Below are positions 15,975 through 24,000 of a stretch of 24,000 bases of DNA, one piece after another. The stretch is from Chloroflexota bacterium. Its GTDB lineage: Bacteria > Chloroflexota > Dehalococcoidia > Lucifugimonadales > UBA3495. The position numbers were made by a program, and so were the translations under genes. The stretch is taken from assembly GCA_027623675.1 (NCBI GenBank), contig JAQBVF010000003.1, forward strand, positions 1-24,000, written 5' to 3'. Below the pieces are notes generated by a model. It was not told where the DNA came from and made no database searches. It saw only the letters and a program-made list of their open reading frames with translations. Numbering within the stretch: the first letter of the stretch is position 1; each line of letters begins with the position of its first letter.

Positions 15975-17689
15975 GCCTGGGAATACCTCGCCGGCAATAT
16001 TCCGACCTGTTTGGTCCGACCACCGGTGACCGTATCCGGCTGGCCGACACCAGTCTGTTCATCGAGATCGAAGAAGACTTAACTGCCCACGGAGATGAGA
16101 GCAAGTTTGGCGGCGGGAAGGTCTTGCGAGACGGCATGGGGCAATCATCTTGGGCGGCCCGGTCCGATGGGGTTCTCGACACGGTCGTGACCAACGCGGT
16201 GATTCTTGACCACTGGGGAATCATCAAAGCCGACGTGGGAATCCGCGACGGGCGAATCATCGCCATAGGCAGGGCCGGCAATCCTGACATCATGAATGAC
16301 ATATCCCCCAACATGGTTGTGGGGGCGGGGACGGAGGTCATCGCCGGCGAAGGAATGATCCTTACCCCTGGTGGGATCGATCCTCACGTCCATTTCATCT
16401 GCCCGCAACTGGCCTGGGAGGCTTTGGCGTCCGGGGTGACTACCCTGATCGGCGGGGGCACCGGACCAGCCACCGGGACCAAAGCGACGACGTGTACGCC
16501 CGGTGTTTGGAACATTCACCGGATGCTGGAGGCCGCGGAAGAGATTCCGATCAATCTTGGTTTCTTGGGTAAGGGCAACGCGTCTTATCAAGAACCCCTC
16601 GCAGAGCAGATTCTTGCCGGGGCAATGGGCCTGAAACTTCATGAAGACTGGGGCACCACCCCGGCGGCGATAGACTCGGCTTTGACTGCCGCCGAGTTGT
16701 ACGACGTTTCGGTGGCCATCCACTCGGACACGCTGAACGAGGCTGGCTATCTGGAAGATACCATCCGGGCTTTCAAAGGCCGGACGATCCATACCTACCA
16801 TACGGAAGGCGCTGGCGGTGGCCATGCACCCGATATCATCCGCGTGTGCGGTGAGGCCAACTGCCTGCCGTCGTCGACCAACCCCACCATGCCGTTCACC
16901 GTTAACACCATGGATGAGCACTTGGATATGCTCATGGTCTGTCACCATCTGAACGCGAGCGTGCCCGAAGACCTGGCTTTCGCCGAGTCACGGATCAGGG
17001 CCGAAACCATTGCCGCCGAAGACATCCTGCAGGACATGGGTGCGATCAGCATGATGTCGTCTGATTCCCAGGCGATGGGCCGAGTGGGCGAAGTTATCCT
17101 CCGTACTTGGCAGACAGCCGACAAGATGAAGGTCCAGCGGGGTCCTTTGGCCGGAGAAAAACCTGGGAACGACAATCTACGCGCTCGTCGTTACATCGCC
17201 AAATATGCCATTAACCCCGCCATAGCCAATGGCTTTGCCGATGAAGTTGGGTCTATCGAAGTCAACAAATTGGCAGACATGGTGCTTTGGCGGCCGGCAT
17301 TCTTCGGAGTAAAGCCGGAACTAGTGATCAAGGGCGGGTTTATCGCCGGGGCCGCCATGGGTGACCCTAACGCCTCGATCCCCACTCCACAGCCCGTGAT
17401 TTTCCGTCCGATGTTTGGAGCGATGGGCCGGGCGCGTTACACAACTTCCGTAACATTCCTGTCCGCCGCGGCGATAGAGGCTGGCGTACCCCAAAGTTTG
17501 GGCCTGCAGAAACGGACCGTGGCCGTTCATAACTGCAATAACTTAACCAAGGCCGACATGGTTAATAATGACGCCTTACCGAAGATCGAGGTTGATCCCG
17601 ACACCTATGAGGTGCGCGCCGACGGCGAATTGCTAAAGTGCGAACCAGCCGAGACCTTGCCGATGGCCCAGCGTTATTTTTTGTTCTGA
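15971..17689 (+). CDS. ureC: Urease subunit alpha (UreC)
   Basis: 572 aa with nickel-site and flap motifs: [22 protein letters not shown] (carbamylated Lys), [44 protein letters not shown]. Confidence 0.95.
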   Translation: MSLGIPRRQYSDLFGPTTGDRIRLADTSLFIEIEEDLTAHGDESKFGGGKVLRDGMGQSSWAARSDGVLDTVVTNAVILDHWGIIKADVGIRDGRIIAIGRAGNPDIMNDISPNMVVGAGTEVIAGEGMILTPGGIDPHVHFICPQLAWEALASGVTTLIGGGTGPATGTKATTCTPGVWNIHRMLEAAEEIPINLGFLGKGNASYQEPLAEQILAGAMGLKLHEDWGTTPAAIDSALTAAELYDVSVAIHSDTLNEAGYLEDTIRAFKGRTIHTYHTEGAGGGHAPDIIRVCGEANCLPSSTNPTMPFTVNTMDEHLDMLMVCHHLNASVPEDLAFAESRIRAETIAAEDILQDMGAISMMSSDSQAMGRVGEVILRTWQTADKMKVQRGPLAGEKPGNDNLRARRYIAKYAINPAIANGFADEVGSIEVNKLADMVLWRPAFFGVKPELVIKGGFIAGAAMGDPNASIPTPQPVIFRPMFGAMGRARYTTSVTFLSAAAIEAGVPQSLGLQKRTVAVHNCNNLTKADMVNNDALPKIEVDPDTYEVRADGELLKCEPAETLPMAQRYFLF

Positions 17690-17707
17690 TCGGCTGATTC
17701 GAATCAA

Positions 17708-18421
17708 TTGAAACGGAGCAGTATCTTGGACCGAGAAGTTGCAAGTCATGTCAGCCTGCTCCAGTTTGCCGACTCGCTCTTTCCCATCGGCGGACAGGCC
17801 CATTCTTTCGGGCTTGAATACTATGTTGACCAGGGTTTGGTAACCGGCGCGAATGGCGTTCAAGAATTATTGGTCTCCCACCTGAGCGGCCGGGCTGGGC
17901 CTTGTGATGCCGTGGCCGTGGTGGTTGCCGAGCGCCTGGCACGTAAGAATGACCTGGCGGGATCTATCTCATTGGACCGAGATATGGACGCCCAGAATCA
18001 TGTTAAAGAGTCCCGGAATGCCAGCCATCAGATGGGCCACCAGACGGCCCGTCTGGCGAGCGCTCTGACCAAAGACCCGTTCATCAACTCGTACCTAGAC
18101 GCTGTCGAGTCGTCGGATACGCCAGGAAATCACTCCGTTGCTTTCGGCCTCTGCGGTGGGGTGATCGGCTGGAGCCCCGAGCAGACAGCATCGGCGTTTT
18201 TGTTCTCAACGGCCAGTCAGATGGTGGGAGCGGCGACGCGGCTGGTGCCCATCGGTCAGTTGGACGCTCAGAAGATACTGTGGGCGGTTGGTCCGCTGAT
18301 CTCCGAATTGTCAGCCGGAGTTATAGACAAGGCTCGCGACGATATCTGGAGTTTCAGTCCTGGACTAGAGATCGCGGGTATGCGGCACGCCGGTCTGGAA
18401 CAACGGCTATTTCGCTCCTGA
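17708..18421 (+). CDS. ureF: Urease accessory protein UreF
   Basis: LLQFADSLFPIGGQAHSFGLEYYV is the UreF N-terminal signature. The start is uncertain: TTG 17708, or TTG 17726 with GGAG 8 nt upstream. Only 18 nt separate it from ureC, so no ureE fits between them. Confidence 0.85.
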   Translation: MKRSSILDREVASHVSLLQFADSLFPIGGQAHSFGLEYYVDQGLVTGANGVQELLVSHLSGRAGPCDAVAVVVAERLARKNDLAGSISLDRDMDAQNHVKESRNASHQMGHQTARLASALTKDPFINSYLDAVESSDTPGNHSVAFGLCGGVIGWSPEQTASAFLFSTASQMVGAATRLVPIGQLDAQKILWAVGPLISELSAGVIDKARDDIWSFSPGLEIAGMRHAGLEQRLFRS

Positions 18422-18480
18422 CGGGGGCTTAAGATTCGGCCGAACGATCACCGGCAAGCGAGTCTTTGATCGAGGTGGAT

Positions 18481-19101
18481 ATGGCACAAAAACCAACAGT
18501 CATTGGGATCGGCGGCCCGGTTGGCTCCGGAAAAACAGCTTTGGTGGAGGCGTTGTGCCGCAAGTTAAGTGATGAGCATGAGATGGCTGTCATTACCAAC
18601 GATATCTACACCAAGGAAGACGCAGAATTCTTGGTCCGTAGAGGGGTCCTGCCAACCGGGCGGGTAATGGGCGTCGAGACCGGGTCTTGCCCCCACTCGG
18701 CGATACGGGAGGATGCGTCGGTCAACCTTGAAGCCATACGTGAATTGAACCGCCGGTTCCCCAACTTAGAGTTGATCCTGCTTGAAAGCGGAGGGGACAA
18801 CTTATCTGCCACATTCAGCCCTGAATTGGTCGACTCCGCGATCTACGTGATCGACGTGGCCGGCGGCGAAAAGATCCCGAGAAAAGGCGGCCCGGCCATA
18901 ACCCGTTCGGAACTTTTGATAATCAATAAGACCGACCTGGCATCGCAGGTAGGCGCGGACCTGGGAATCATGGAAACCGATACGATTCGGGTCAGGGAAG
19001 GCCGCCCATTTTATTTCACGAACCTCCGTGACGCCGAAGGTATTGGCGCCGTATCAGACTGGGTGCTGGAACGGTTAACTACTAGGATGACAAGCGGTTG
19101 A
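18481..19101 (+). CDS. ureG: Urease accessory GTPase UreG
   Basis: P-loop [14 protein letters not shown], the CPH motif ([13 protein letters not shown]), ESGGDNL and INKTDL. ATG 18481 is preceded by GAGGTGG. There is no His-rich N-terminal stretch. Confidence 0.92.
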   Translation: MAQKPTVIGIGGPVGSGKTALVEALCRKLSDEHEMAVITNDIYTKEDAEFLVRRGVLPTGRVMGVETGSCPHSAIREDASVNLEAIRELNRRFPNLELILLESGGDNLSATFSPELVDSAIYVIDVAGGEKIPRKGGPAITRSELLIINKTDLASQVGADLGIMETDTIRVREGRPFYFTNLRDAEGIGAVSDWVLERLTTRMTSG

Positions 19102-19138
19102 TCCGCTTCGTTCTACGGCGCCGAGCGACGATTAAATC

Positions 19139-19957
19139 ATGAATGGCAGTATGAGCTTGGGCTTTGAGAGCCGTGGACCCAAAACCGTGATGACGCACAG
19201 CCGTTCAACCTCGCCGCTGAAAATATCGAACCCGATATATCTAGACGACAGCGACGCGCTTTGCGCCATGTTTCTAAACCCATCCGGAGGGCTGCTCGGG
19301 GGTGATCGCCTCATTACGGATATCAATCTGGCCGAGAACGCCCATGTTGTGTTTACGACTCCTTCAGCCAGCAAGGTATACCGGACGAACGCGGACCCCG
19401 CCTCACATCGGACTACCGTTCATGTAGAAGAAGGGGGGGTGTTGGAATACATACCGGACCATGTTATTCCCCACCCTGGGTCGTCCTTCAGCCAGTCCCT
19501 AACTGTGAATCTTGAGGCAGGAAGCCGGGCAATCATCTTTGATGGATTTTCTGTGGGACGCATCGCCCGGAATGAGAAATGGCGCTTCAAGGAATTCAAC
19601 ACCGAGCTTGAGGTTAATCTTCGCGACAGAGCGGTTTTCCGCGATCGAATCAAGATTCAACCGGATAACTGGACCCCGTCACAGCTCGGAGGATCGGAGT
19701 CCGCTAATTACGTGGCCACAATGGTGGTCTACGCTGATGTTGATCTAGATTGGCAAGAAATGGCTGATGGTTTTACTCGAGTGGTTTCAGACGATCGTGA
19801 TTCGGTCGGAGCGGCTTCAACTCTTTCCGATGGCGGATGCCTCGTCCGTTATTACACCGTGTCAGCCCACGGTCTAAACAAGGTCACCAGTAGGTTATGG
19901 GCGATGGCCAGACGCTCCCTCTTAGATAGACCCGCTTTAGAGTTAAGAAAATGGTAG
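19139..19957 (+). CDS. ureD: Urease accessory protein UreD (UreH)
   Basis: NPSGGLLGGDRL..FTTPSASKVYR.. is the typical UreD core. It is the last gene of the same-strand cluster. Confidence 0.85.
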   Translation: MNGSMSLGFESRGPKTVMTHSRSTSPLKISNPIYLDDSDALCAMFLNPSGGLLGGDRLITDINLAENAHVVFTTPSASKVYRTNADPASHRTTVHVEEGGVLEYIPDHVIPHPGSSFSQSLTVNLEAGSRAIIFDGFSVGRIARNEKWRFKEFNTELEVNLRDRAVFRDRIKIQPDNWTPSQLGGSESANYVATMVVYADVDLDWQEMADGFTRVVSDDRDSVGAASTLSDGGCLVRYYTVSAHGLNKVTSRLWAMARRSLLDRPALELRKW

Positions 19958-20294
19958 CTCTCACTCTGGGCAAAACGCTGATCCATGACACACCGATCGG
20001 CTAATGTTTGAGCCAATTGAGGGAATCGAGATGGAGCCGGTTTTTCGGACGGGTGGCCCAGTGAGGGCTTCGTTCGTTACATAGCAACGAATAGGAACAG
20101 GCGTTGTGGTGAACAAGGAGTGGGGAGGCGGGGAAGGGTTGATTGGCGGGATAAAGTGACCCATCGCGGGGTCGAATCAAGAACCTACTGGTTGAGCGTC
20201 AGTTTCTGTGCTTGATGGCCTTGTAGTTTTTTATCTGAAGTGGGTTGTGATTTTCCGAAGGAAATCACGATTCAGAAGTATTTCGTAGAGAAAA

Positions 20295-20369
20295 TGGTCG
20301 GGGTGAGAGGATTTGAACCTCCGGCCTCTACGTCCCGAACGTAGCGCGCTACCCCTGCGCTACACCCCG
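20295..20369 (-). tRNA. tRNA-Pro (anticodon CGG), CCA encoded
   Basis: Minus-strand read: CGGGGTG TA GCGC AGGGGTA GCGC G CTACG TTCGGGA CGTAG AGGCC GGAGG TTCAAAT CCTCT CACCCCG A CCA. It forms a full cloverleaf with a 7-bp acceptor stem, anticodon loop TTCGGGA and T-loop TTCAAAT. Confidence 0.92.
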
Positions 20370-20438
20370 ACACTGCCTGCCGCTTGGTGAGTCCGAGCCT
20401 TCTGGCGCAGGAAGCGGACTCCGGGCAGGGCTAGAAGT

Positions 20439-20444
20439 ATTATA
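20439..20444 (-). promoter_or_regulatory. Candidate -10 box (TATAAT) for the tRNA-Pro transcript
   Basis: The minus strand reads ..GTGTTGCGGTATAATACTTC.., about 70 nt upstream of the mature tRNA 5' end. The -35 region (GTTCCA) is weak. Confidence 0.3.
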
Positions 20445-20567
20445 CCGCAACACAGCCGGGATGGAACGATCTGGCCGCCACGGATGCAAAATGCACGCCG
20501 ATTCCGGCTCAGGGTAGATGCGGGCTTCCGGTAGCCGGAATCACGAGCCTGTGGATACCGGCTTTGG

Positions 20568-21143
20568 CTACTGATCAAGCATCTCCAAGGTCTTCTCCTC
20601 CAGCACTTCGCTGTTCAACGCTCCGGTCCACTTGTTGTGAATCGTGCCGTCGGCATTGATGAATATGGTGGTGGGCATACCCAAGACTTGGTATTTTTGG
20701 ACCACGTCGCTGTCCGGGGTGAAACCGGCAGGGTAGGTCAAGTCCAGTTCCCGCAACAGGTCCTTGGCATCATCCTGAGTGCCCAATCCGGTGAACTGGC
20801 CCAGGTCGATCCCCAGCAAAAGCGCCCGGTCTTTGAACTTGTCATTGAAAACTTCCAGGTCGGGCATCTCGGCCCGGCATGGGGGGCACAGTCCCGCCCA
20901 GAAGTTGAGCACGATGGGCCGTTCGCCGATCAGGTCTTGGAGAGTCACTTCCTGGCCGCCGACCACGTCATCACCCTGAAACATGGTGATGGCGAAATCG
21001 GGCGCCTGGCTACCTGCGCTGCTGCCGCAGGCGATCGCCGCCAACGTCAGCACCAACGCCAATGGGAGCAGGAACCTCACCTTGCTTTTCTTGATCGCGG
21101 CTCTCCCGCCGAGAGTCGAGTTGTCTATCGAATCGCCAGTCAA
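20568..21143 (-). CDS. TlpA/ResA-like thiol-disulfide oxidoreductase lipoprotein (thioredoxin fold, CPPC)
   Basis: Signal peptide plus lipobox LTLAAIAC, then APDF..RPIVLNFWAGLCPPCRAEMP..VLGMPTTIFI, which is characteristic of TlpA/ResA/DsbE. The TTG start at 21143 has GGAGG 5 nt upstream. Confidence 0.85.
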   Translation of the reverse strand: MTGDSIDNSTLGGRAAIKKSKVRFLLPLALVLTLAAIACGSSAGSQAPDFAITMFQGDDVVGGQEVTLQDLIGERPIVLNFWAGLCPPCRAEMPDLEVFNDKFKDRALLLGIDLGQFTGLGTQDDAKDLLRELDLTYPAGFTPDSDVVQKYQVLGMPTTIFINADGTIHNKWTGALNSEVLEEKTLEMLDQ

Positions 21144-21338
21144 GGTTTCCTCCGCTAATTGTCATGGACCGGGCAGGCCACTGCTGCCTTCCATCTGAAC
21201 GTTCAGACTAGACGTTGTGAACTTTACGAAGGGTTAGATGTGGCCGCGCCGGTACGGGTTCATCTGTCGTTGTAGCTAATACGCCTGAATGCTAGGTGCG
21301 GTTTGCTGGGGTGCGAAAAGACCTGGCGGACGCAGGCG

Positions 21339-24000
21339 TTAGTCGGCTGACGCCTGAGTGCCCACCGCCTGCCGGAGGTTCTCCTGGAACGCGCCGAACC
21401 GCTCGAGCACCCTGGTCAGGCGGGACAGCCATTCGTCTCCCAGGCGGCGCAGGGGCATCTGCATCTGGGTGTTGCCGACCTGCACCGATGGGCCCAACGC
21501 CCGCTGCAACGGCACCCGCGCCCCACCCACCGGAACCCGCAGCGACATGACGATGGCGTCGTTGCCCTGCACCAGAGACTCCAATCCCACCGAGGCCGCC
21601 AGGGTCCGCAGGTTGGCCAGGGTCAACAGGTTCTCGACCTCTTCGGGCAGAGGGCCGAACCGGTCTCGAAGTTCCTCTCTTATCTCCGGCAAGTCGTCGG
21701 GGTCGGACAGCTTGGCCAGCCGTTGGTAGACCGCCAGCCGCGTGGGCAGATGATCGACGTAGTCCTCGGGGATGCGGGCGTTCATGGGAAGCTCGATACG
21801 GGGTAATTCGGGGGGCAGATCGCCGCCGTCCCCGCCGGATTCCTCGTCAAGTTCCCGCACGGCTTCGTTCAGCAGTTGGGTGTAGAGATCCAGGCCGACC
21901 TCTTGGATGTGGCCGCTCTGGGACGCGCCCAAGATGTTGCCAGCGCCGCGTATCTCCAGGTCGCGCATGGCGATGCGGAACCCAGCCCCCAACTCGGACG
22001 CTTCCAAGATGGCTTGGAGGCGGTGCTCGGCGCCCTCGGTGATGCGCCGGCCCCGCGGGGCCAGCAGGTAGGCGTAGGCGCGGTGTTCGCTGCGTCCCAC
22101 CCGGCCCCTCAGTTGGTAGAGCTGGGCCAGGCCGAAACGGTCGGCCCTTTCCACGATGAGAGTGTTCACATTGGGCATGTCCAGTCCGGACTCGATGATG
22201 GTGGTGCAGACCAGCACGTCGGCCTCGTGGTTGGCGAAATTCACCATCACATCTTCCAGTTCCGTCTCCGCCATCTGACCGTGGCCGACCATGACCCGCG
22301 CCTGGGGGACCATCTTGACGATCTCGGCGGCGGCTTGGTGGATGGTACGGACCCGGTTGTGCAGGTAGAAGATCTGGCCGCCCCGTTCCAGTTCCCGCAG
22401 GATGGCCTCTTTGATCACATCTTCCGAATATTCGGACACGAACGTTTTAACCGGCAGGCGGGCCTCCGGCGGCGAGTCCATGGTGCTGAGGTCGCGGATG
22501 CCGGCCAGGGCCATGTTCAACGTGCGGGGGATGGGCGTGGCGCTCAGCGTCAGCACGTCCACCTGTTGCCGCAACTGCTTCAGGCGCTCCTTATGGCTAA
22601 CCCCAAAGCGCTGCTCTTCGTCCACTACCGCCAGCCCCAGGTTCTTGAACTGCACGTCCTTCTGCAGCAGCCGGTGGGTGCCGATGACGATGTCCACCGT
22701 GCCGTCTTTCAGGCCGTTGATCACCTGTTGCTGCTCTTTGGGTGTACGGAACCGGCTCAATACCTCGACCGTGACCGGGAAGGGACTGAGCCGCTCGCTG
22801 AAGGTCGCGTAATGCTGCTGGGCCAGGACGGTGGTTGGGACCAAGATGCCCACCTGCATGCCGTCGTTCACCGACTTGAACGCCGCCCGGAGCGCGATCT
22901 CGGTCTTGCCGTAGCCCACGTCGCCGCAGATCAGCCGGTCCATTGGGCGCAGGGTCTCCATGTCGCCCTTCACGTCGATGATGGCCTTCGCCTGGTCCGG
23001 GGTCTCAACAAAGGGGAACGAATCCTCAAGCTCCTGCTGCCAGACGGTGTCCGCGCCGTGTTCGTGACCCTCCGCCAACGCCCTGGCGGCGTTGATGCGG
23101 AGCAGTTCCTGGGCCATCTCCCTGGTTGCGCCCTTGACCCGCTGCTTCACCCTGGCCCATTCGGCAGTGCTGAGGCGGGTTAAGGACGGCGGCTGGTCCT
23201 GCGCGCCAACGTAGGCCGACACCCGGTCCAGGTGGTCGGTGGGTACGTACAGCTTGTCGTTCTCCGCATATTCCAGGATGAGGTATTCCTTCTCATCCTC
23301 GTCGTCGCCGATGCGGGTGGTGCCGGCGAACCGGGCCACGCCGTGGTCGATGTGCACCACGTGGGCGCCGGGGACCAGGTCGGCTAGAACAACCTCCGGC
23401 CCGTGCTCGGCCTTGCGCCGGCGGTAGTGCCGCTGTTCCTTCACCGTGCCGAAAAGTTCCGAGTCGGTCAGCAGCACCAGACCCTTGGCAAGTACGTTGT
23501 CTGCTGCCTCGCCGTTGTCGTTCAGTTCGACGACCCAGCCGTCCCTCAATGAACCGGGCAGCAGGCAGACCTGGCCGGGCGAGGGCGCGCTGGTCAGTGC
23601 ATCCGCCTGGGTGACGCCGATGCCCTCCTGCTCCAATATCTCGGCCACCCGCCGTTGGTGCTGGGTGACGGCCACCACCGCGTAATCGGCTGACTGGTGG
23701 CGGCGCACGTCGGCGGCCAGGACTTCTAACTTGCCGAAATAAGGCGTGGCGGGCCGGAAGATCTTGTCTTCATCGTCGCCCACCCACGTTTGGAGCTGCA
23801 TCTGAGGCACGCCGCTCAGCCGGTTGGTGAACTCCTCCCAACCCATATAGGGGGGAGGGAAGTTGACCGGCAACTCGCCGCGGCCTTCACGGGCCTCACG
23901 CATGCGGTCGAAACGCTCTTCCAGCTCCTGGGCCTCGGCTTCCACCCGGCCCGAGCGTTCCAGCACCACCAGGCCGTTCGCGCCGATATATTCCATGAGG
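21339..24000 (-). CDS. mfd: Transcription-repair coupling factor Mfd (N-terminal part beyond the window end)
   Basis: FPFVETPDQAKAIIDVKGDMETLRPMDRLICGDVGYGKTEIALRAAF, DEEQRFGV, TLSATPIPRTL, QIFYLHNRV, GQMAETELEDVM and RGRVGRS are the Mfd/RecG-type helicase blocks, followed by the C-terminal TRCF domain. The 885 aa seen are shorter than typical Mfd (about 1150 aa) and the frame remains open to the window edge. Confidence 0.95.
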   Translation of the reverse strand, partial: LMEYIGANGLVVLERSGRVEAEAQELEERFDRMREAREGRGELPVNFPPPYMGWEEFTNRLSGVPQMQLQTWVGDDEDKIFRPATPYFGKLEVLAADVRRHQSADYAVVAVTQHQRRVAEILEQEGIGVTQADALTSAPSPGQVCLLPGSLRDGWVVELNDNGEAADNVLAKGLVLLTDSELFGTVKEQRHYRRRKAEHGPEVVLADLVPGAHVVHIDHGVARFAGTTRIGDDEDEKEYLILEYAENDKLYVPTDHLDRVSAYVGAQDQPPSLTRLSTAEWARVKQRVKGATREMAQELLRINAARALAEGHEHGADTVWQQELEDSFPFVETPDQAKAIIDVKGDMETLRPMDRLICGDVGYGKTEIALRAAFKSVNDGMQVGILVPTTVLAQQHYATFSERLSPFPVTVEVLSRFRTPKEQQQVINGLKDGTVDIVIGTHRLLQKDVQFKNLGLAVVDEEQRFGVSHKERLKQLRQQVDVLTLSATPIPRTLNMALAGIRDLSTMDSPPEARLPVKTFVSEYSEDVIKEAILRELERGGQIFYLHNRVRTIHQAAAEIVKMVPQARVMVGHGQMAETELEDVMVNFANHEADVLVCTTIIESGLDMPNVNTLIVERADRFGLAQLYQLRGRVGRSEHRAYAYLLAPRGRRITEGAEHRLQAILEASELGAGFRIAMRDLEIRGAGNILGASQSGHIQEVGLDLYTQLLNEAVRELDEESGGDGGDLPPELPRIELPMNARIPEDYVDHLPTRLAVYQRLAKLSDPDDLPEIREELRDRFGPLPEEVENLLTLANLRTLAASVGLESLVQGNDAIVMSLRVPVGGARVPLQRALGPSVQVGNTQMQMPLRRLGDEWLSRLTRVLERFGAFQENLRQAVGTQASAD

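Noticed and set aside
19958-20294. ORF 19961..20164 (-) and the GGGGTCGAATCAAGAACC stretch as a tRNA or att remnant in the ureD-tRNA gap
   Set aside because: The ORF is Pro/Ser-rich with no RBS. The T-arm-like string does not match the adjacent tRNA-Pro 3' end and has no cloverleaf context.
21194-21207. Reading TCTGAACGTTCAGA as a LexA/SOS (Cheo) box next to mfd
   Set aside because: Gram-positive LexA boxes are GAAC-N4-GTTC. Here the half-sites abut with no spacer, so it is kept only as an unassigned palindrome.
21358-23685. Plus-strand ORFs over mfd (21876..23183 at 435 aa, and 21358..21729, 22402..22812, 23239..23427, 23446..23685)
   Set aside because: These are antisense shadows of a high-GC gene. 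They are low-complexity with no motifs, and the minus-strand Mfd call explains the region.
1-24000. Search for CRISPR arrays, transposases/integrases, rRNA, toxin-antitoxin pairs or defence-system genes
   Set aside because: No regularly spaced repeats, no recombinase-like ORFs and no rRNA signatures were seen on either strand. The only RNA gene supported is tRNA-Pro.

Overview
The window looks like chromosomal DNA from a moderately high-GC bacterium that is probably monoderm (Actinobacteria- or Chloroflexota-like). All calls come from reading the supplied ORF translations and the raw sequence; no database search was run. The gene order, left to right, follows.

- **1-210:** the 3' end of a MetE-like gene.
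- **211-1100:** an AT-rich islet holding a small two-TM membrane protein, a YjzC-like mini-protein, a perfect 14-bp-stem hairpin and an orphan terminator.
- **1262-4315:** a very GC-rich gamma-glutamyltransferase and a Gfo/Idh/MocA oxidoreductase.
- **4713-5428:** a DoxX-family membrane protein gene, frameshifted at a G6 tract.
- **5971-6870:** a clear heliorhodopsin gene.
- **6962-8005:** truD.
- **8382-19957:** an ~11.6-kb same-strand urea-nitrogen supercluster in the order ureA | urtA-urtB-urtC-urtD-urtE | glnA | ureB-ureC-ureF-ureG-ureD. The urease gamma subunit is separated from beta/alpha by the urea ABC importer and a glutamine synthetase, and no ureE is present.
- **20295-24000:** the cluster ends beside tRNA-Pro(CGG), followed by a TlpA/ResA-like thiol-disulfide oxidoreductase lipoprotein and a 5'-truncated mfd.

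Three observations stand out.

1. A heliorhodopsin sits just upstream of, and on the same strand as, a urea-uptake/urease/GS block. Both a GS and an ABC transporter are partner classes reported, as I recall, for heliorhodopsins.
2. Six (G/T)NAA(C/T) pentamers are phased at exactly 11 bp upstream of ureA. They resemble actinobacterial GlnR / OmpR-family boxes.
3. The urease operon has an unusual split architecture.

No transposase, integrase, CRISPR array or rRNA was seen.
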